This document shows positions 14,241-17,021 of a stretch of DNA of 17,021 nt, piece by piece; the stretch's first letter is position 1; each line of letters opens with the position of its first letter. Source of the stretch: Candidatus Heimdallarchaeota archaeon (GTDB taxonomy: Archaea > Asgardarchaeota > Heimdallarchaeia > JABLTI01); contig JAHLVW010000041.1 of NCBI GenBank assembly GCA_019058275.1, forward strand, positions 1-17,021, read 5' to 3'. A program made the position numbers and the translations under genes. Below the pieces are notes generated by a model, which was given only the letters and a program-made list of their open reading frames with translations, did not search any database and was not told the origin of the DNA.

Positions 14241-17021
14241 TTATTTTCTGAATCTTCGAGTAATAACTGCAATAGTTAAACCAACAACAACGGTTCCTAC
14301 AGTAACACCAATTAAAATGCCACCTTCAACAGTAACAGTCTGGTTTTGGAAGAGAGTTTGATTTTGGGTAAATGTTTCAGGGGGAAGGGTAATAGTTTCA
14401 GGTGGAGGGGTAACAGTAATCTCTGGAGTATCACCATCATCAAGAGGGTCAGAACCAAGAGAAACCTCAACAAAATCACTGTAGGTGTCATCATCTGTGT
14501 CTGAGTCATTAGGATCAGTGCCATAATAAGCTTCATCTGCATCATTAAGTAAGTCATCATCCGAGTCTACATCCCAAGGATCAGTGATATAGGAATCAGT
14601 ACCATCAGTTAACTCCTCAAGATCATCTAAACCATCATTATCAGAATCATCATCAGTTGGATCAGTTAAACTAGTACTTATTTCATAAGCATCAGTCAAA
14701 CCATCTGAATCTGTGTCAGCATTGTTAGGATCAGTGACATACCCATCTACTCCAGCGATTACTTCTTCCCCATCTAGGATGGTATCGCCATCGCTATCGT
14801 TGTCATTTGGATTAGTTCCATGTAAATACTCCTCACCATCTAATAAACCATCATTATCTGAGTCAGAATCATTTGGAACAGTTATATAACCATCGACACC
14901 AGCAATCAACTCTTCTTGGTCGTCCAAACCATCATTATCAGAATCATCGTCATTAGGATCAGTTAAGCTAGTAAGTATTTCATAATCATCAGTTAACCCA
15001 TCCGCATCTGAATCATTATTATTAGGATCGGTGATGTAACCGTCTGCTCCTGCTACAACTTCTTCCCCGTCAAGAATATTATCATTATCTGAATCAGTGT
15101 CATTAGGATTAGTATTGTAAACAGCCTCTTCACCATCCAAAAGTCCATCATCATCAGAATCGGAATCATTGGGGTCTGTAATATAACCATCTGAACCCAA
15201 AACTACTTCTTCTTGATCATTCAAACCATCTCTATCAGTATCATTATCATTTGGATTAGTACCATTAGCTATTTCATAATCATCAGTCAAACCATCTGAA
15301 TCTGTGTCATTATTAAGTGGATCAGTAACATACCCATCAACTCCTGCGATTACTTCTTCTCCATCAAGAATAGTATCATTATCACTATCGTCGTCATTTG
15401 GATCAGTACTATGTAGCACTTCCTCACTATCTGAAAGCCCATCATGATCTGAATCTGTATCATTAGGGTCAGTGATATAGCTATCAGAACCAAAAGTGAC
15501 TTCTTCTTGGTCGTCCAAACCATCGCCATCCGTGTCATCGTCAGTTGGATCAGTTAAACTAGTACCAATTTCATAATCGTCAGTTAAACCATCCGCATCT
15601 GAATCAGCATTATTGGGATCGGTGACATAGCCATCTACTCCTGCGATTACTTCTTCTCCATCTAAGATAGTATCGTCATCGCTATCCGTATCATTAGGAT
15701 TAGTATTGTAAACAGCCTCTTCTCCATCTAGAAGTCCATCATCATCTGAATCGGAATCATTAGGGTTAGTAATATAATTATCACTTCCAAGGGTAACCTC
15801 TTCTTGATCATCTAAACCATCATGATCAGTATCGTTATCATTTGGATTAGTACCATTAGTCACTTCATAATCATCAGTCAAGCCATCTGAATCTGTATCA
15901 TCATTATTGGGATCAGTAACATACCCATCTACTCCTGCAATTACTTCTTCTCCATCTAGAATAGTATCATTATCACTATCGTCGTCATTTGGATCAGTTC
16001 CATGTAAATACTCTTCACCATCTGATAGACCATCATCATCTGAATCAGAGTCATTTGGATTAGTTATATAACCATCATTGCCAGCTATGCTCTCTTCCTG
16101 ATCATCTAAACCATCACCATCCGAGTCATCTGAGTTAGGATTAGTTCCAGCAGCAATTTCCTCATCATCATCTATTCCATCATTATCGCTATCTGCATCC
16201 AATGGATCAGTTCCATGTGTGAAAACCTCATCACCATCTTGAAGATTGTCATTATCACTATCATCATCCAATATTCCTGTTCCTAATGTTAATTCATCTC
16301 CATCCAATAACCCGTCACTATCTGTATCTGTGTCAGTTGGATCGGATGAATATGTTCCGATTTCTACATTGTCGTTTATACCATCCCCGTCTGTGTCAGC
16401 ATTGAGAGGATCTGTTATAAAACCATCAACGCCAGATGATACTTCTTCAGTGTCTAATATAGTATCACCATCACCATCATCACTATTAGGATCAGAGACA
16501 TACCCATCGGACCCTATGGTTAATTCCTCGAGGTCATCTATTCCATCTGAATCTGAGTCTGTTAACAATGGATCTGTATTGTAAGTTAGTACTTCTGCTC
16601 CATCAGACAACCCATCATTATCTGTATCAGGATCATTTGGATCAGTAGTATTTTGATACTCACCTAGATTTGTTAGAGTGTCTGCGTCTGCATCATTTCC
16701 ACTATCATCTACTAAAGGATTCAATGAATAGAGGATTTCCCAACCATCTGGCATAATATCATTATCAGTATCACTATCAGTGGGATCAGTAAGATGATAA
16801 TAGATTTCATCCCAATCTTCCAGATTATCTGTATCTGAATCTACATTATCAGTAAGTGTGCCATAATAATCTTCCATTTCATCATCTATGTAATCACTAT
16901 CGCTATCCATATTTCCATTATTAAAAACAGATCCTCGATATGAAGACCATGGGATTTCGCCATAACTAGTAACACCAGTTACTGTTAGACAATGTAACTT
17001 GGTATCAAAGGAACCAACTAC
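14241..17021 (-). CDS. Very large acidic cell-surface protein with ~34 DxDxDG (TSP3-like, putative Ca-binding) repeats, Pro/Thr linker and C-terminal TM anchor; 5' end outside the window
   Basis: The frame stays open from 16910 to the window edge (VVGSFDTKLHCL...PWSSYRGSVFNNGN-M). Repeats D[ST]DxDG[LI]xDxEE...T[DN]P, then TPPPETITLPPET, a hydrophobic helix and an RRFRK tail. Confidence 0.88.
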   Translation of the reverse strand, partial: VVGSFDTKLHCLTVTGVTSYGEIPWSSYRGSVFNNGNMDSDSDYIDDEMEDYYGTLTDNVDSDTDNLEDWDEIYYHLTDPTDSDTDNDIMPDGWEILYSLNPLVDDSGNDADADTLTNLGEYQNTTDPNDPDTDNDGLSDGAEVLTYNTDPLLTDSDSDGIDDLEELTIGSDGYVSDPNSDDGDGDTILDTEEVSSGVDGFITDPLNADTDGDGINDNVEIGTYSSDPTDTDTDSDGLLDGDELTLGTGILDDDSDNDNLQDGDEVFTHGTDPLDADSDNDGIDDDEEIAAGTNPNSDDSDGDGLDDQEESIAGNDGYITNPNDSDSDDDGLSDGEEYLHGTDPNDDDSDNDTILDGEEVIAGVDGYVTDPNNDDTDSDGLTDDYEVTNGTNPNDNDTDHDGLDDQEEVTLGSDNYITNPNDSDSDDDGLLDGEEAVYNTNPNDTDSDDDTILDGEEVIAGVDGYVTDPNNADSDADGLTDDYEIGTSLTDPTDDDTDGDGLDDQEEVTFGSDSYITDPNDTDSDHDGLSDSEEVLHSTDPNDDDSDNDTILDGEEVIAGVDGYVTDPLNNDTDSDGLTDDYEIANGTNPNDNDTDRDGLNDQEEVVLGSDGYITDPNDSDSDDDGLLDGEEAVYNTNPNDTDSDNDNILDGEEVVAGADGYITDPNNNDSDADGLTDDYEILTSLTDPNDDDSDNDGLDDQEELIAGVDGYITVPNDSDSDNDGLLDGEEYLHGTNPNDNDSDGDTILDGEEVIAGVDGYVTDPNNADTDSDGLTDAYEISTSLTDPTDDDSDNDGLDDLEELTDGTDSYITDPWDVDSDDDLLNDADEAYYGTDPNDSDTDDDTYSDFVEVSLGSDPLDDGDTPEITVTPPPETITLPPETFTQNQTLFQNQTVTVEGGILIGVTVGTVVVGLTIAVITRRFRK
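14649..16127 (-). repeat. Intragenic tandem repeat: five 294/297-nt (98/99 aa) units with a 591-nt super-period
   Basis: Each unit has 27+22+27+22/23 aa subrepeats. CATTAGGATTAGTATTGTAAACAGCCTCTTC recurs at 15101 and 15692 (offset 591). Confidence 0.9.

Noticed and set aside
11466-14560. ORFs 11466-11855, 12952-13203, 13443-13871, 14161-14361, 14312-14560
   Set aside because: Antisense or alternative-frame overlaps of the SPFH, M24 peptidase and surface-protein genes.
14649-16584. Repeat region as a CRISPR array or DGR; ORFs 15350-15538 and 16246-16584
   Set aside because: The repeats are in-frame, degenerate at synonymous positions and lack unique spacers. No cas or reverse transcriptase gene is present. 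The short ORFs are by-products of the Asp-codon bias.

Overview
AT-rich, gene-dense archaeal window with 19 supported CDS. It is most likely from an Asgard archaeon; this is inferred from archaeal-type ProRS, S19e, L39e, L31e, Rpp21 and Trm1 together with eukaryotic-signature proteins. The left two-thirds is an information-processing region: proS (partial), trmI, rnp4, rps19e-PDCD5-rpl39e-rpl31e, an ECF S-component-like membrane protein, a TFE-beta/Rpc34-like Fe-S protein, rlmE-trm1-rnhB and a COG1395-type HTH regulator. Embedded in it is a Rab-like small GTPase fused to a C-terminal CxxC thioredoxin-fold domain. The right third holds a Uba3-like E1 enzyme with a C-terminal ubiquitin-fold-like domain, divergent from an SPFH/double-zinc-ribbon gene across a palindrome-rich spacer. 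These are followed by a PrsW-family protease with altered motifs, an M24 peptidase, and the 3' part of a very large, extremely acidic, membrane-anchored DxDxDG-repeat surface protein with a hierarchical repeat structure. No rRNA, tRNA, CRISPR array or mobile element was seen. All calls come from motif recognition by eye; no database searches were run.
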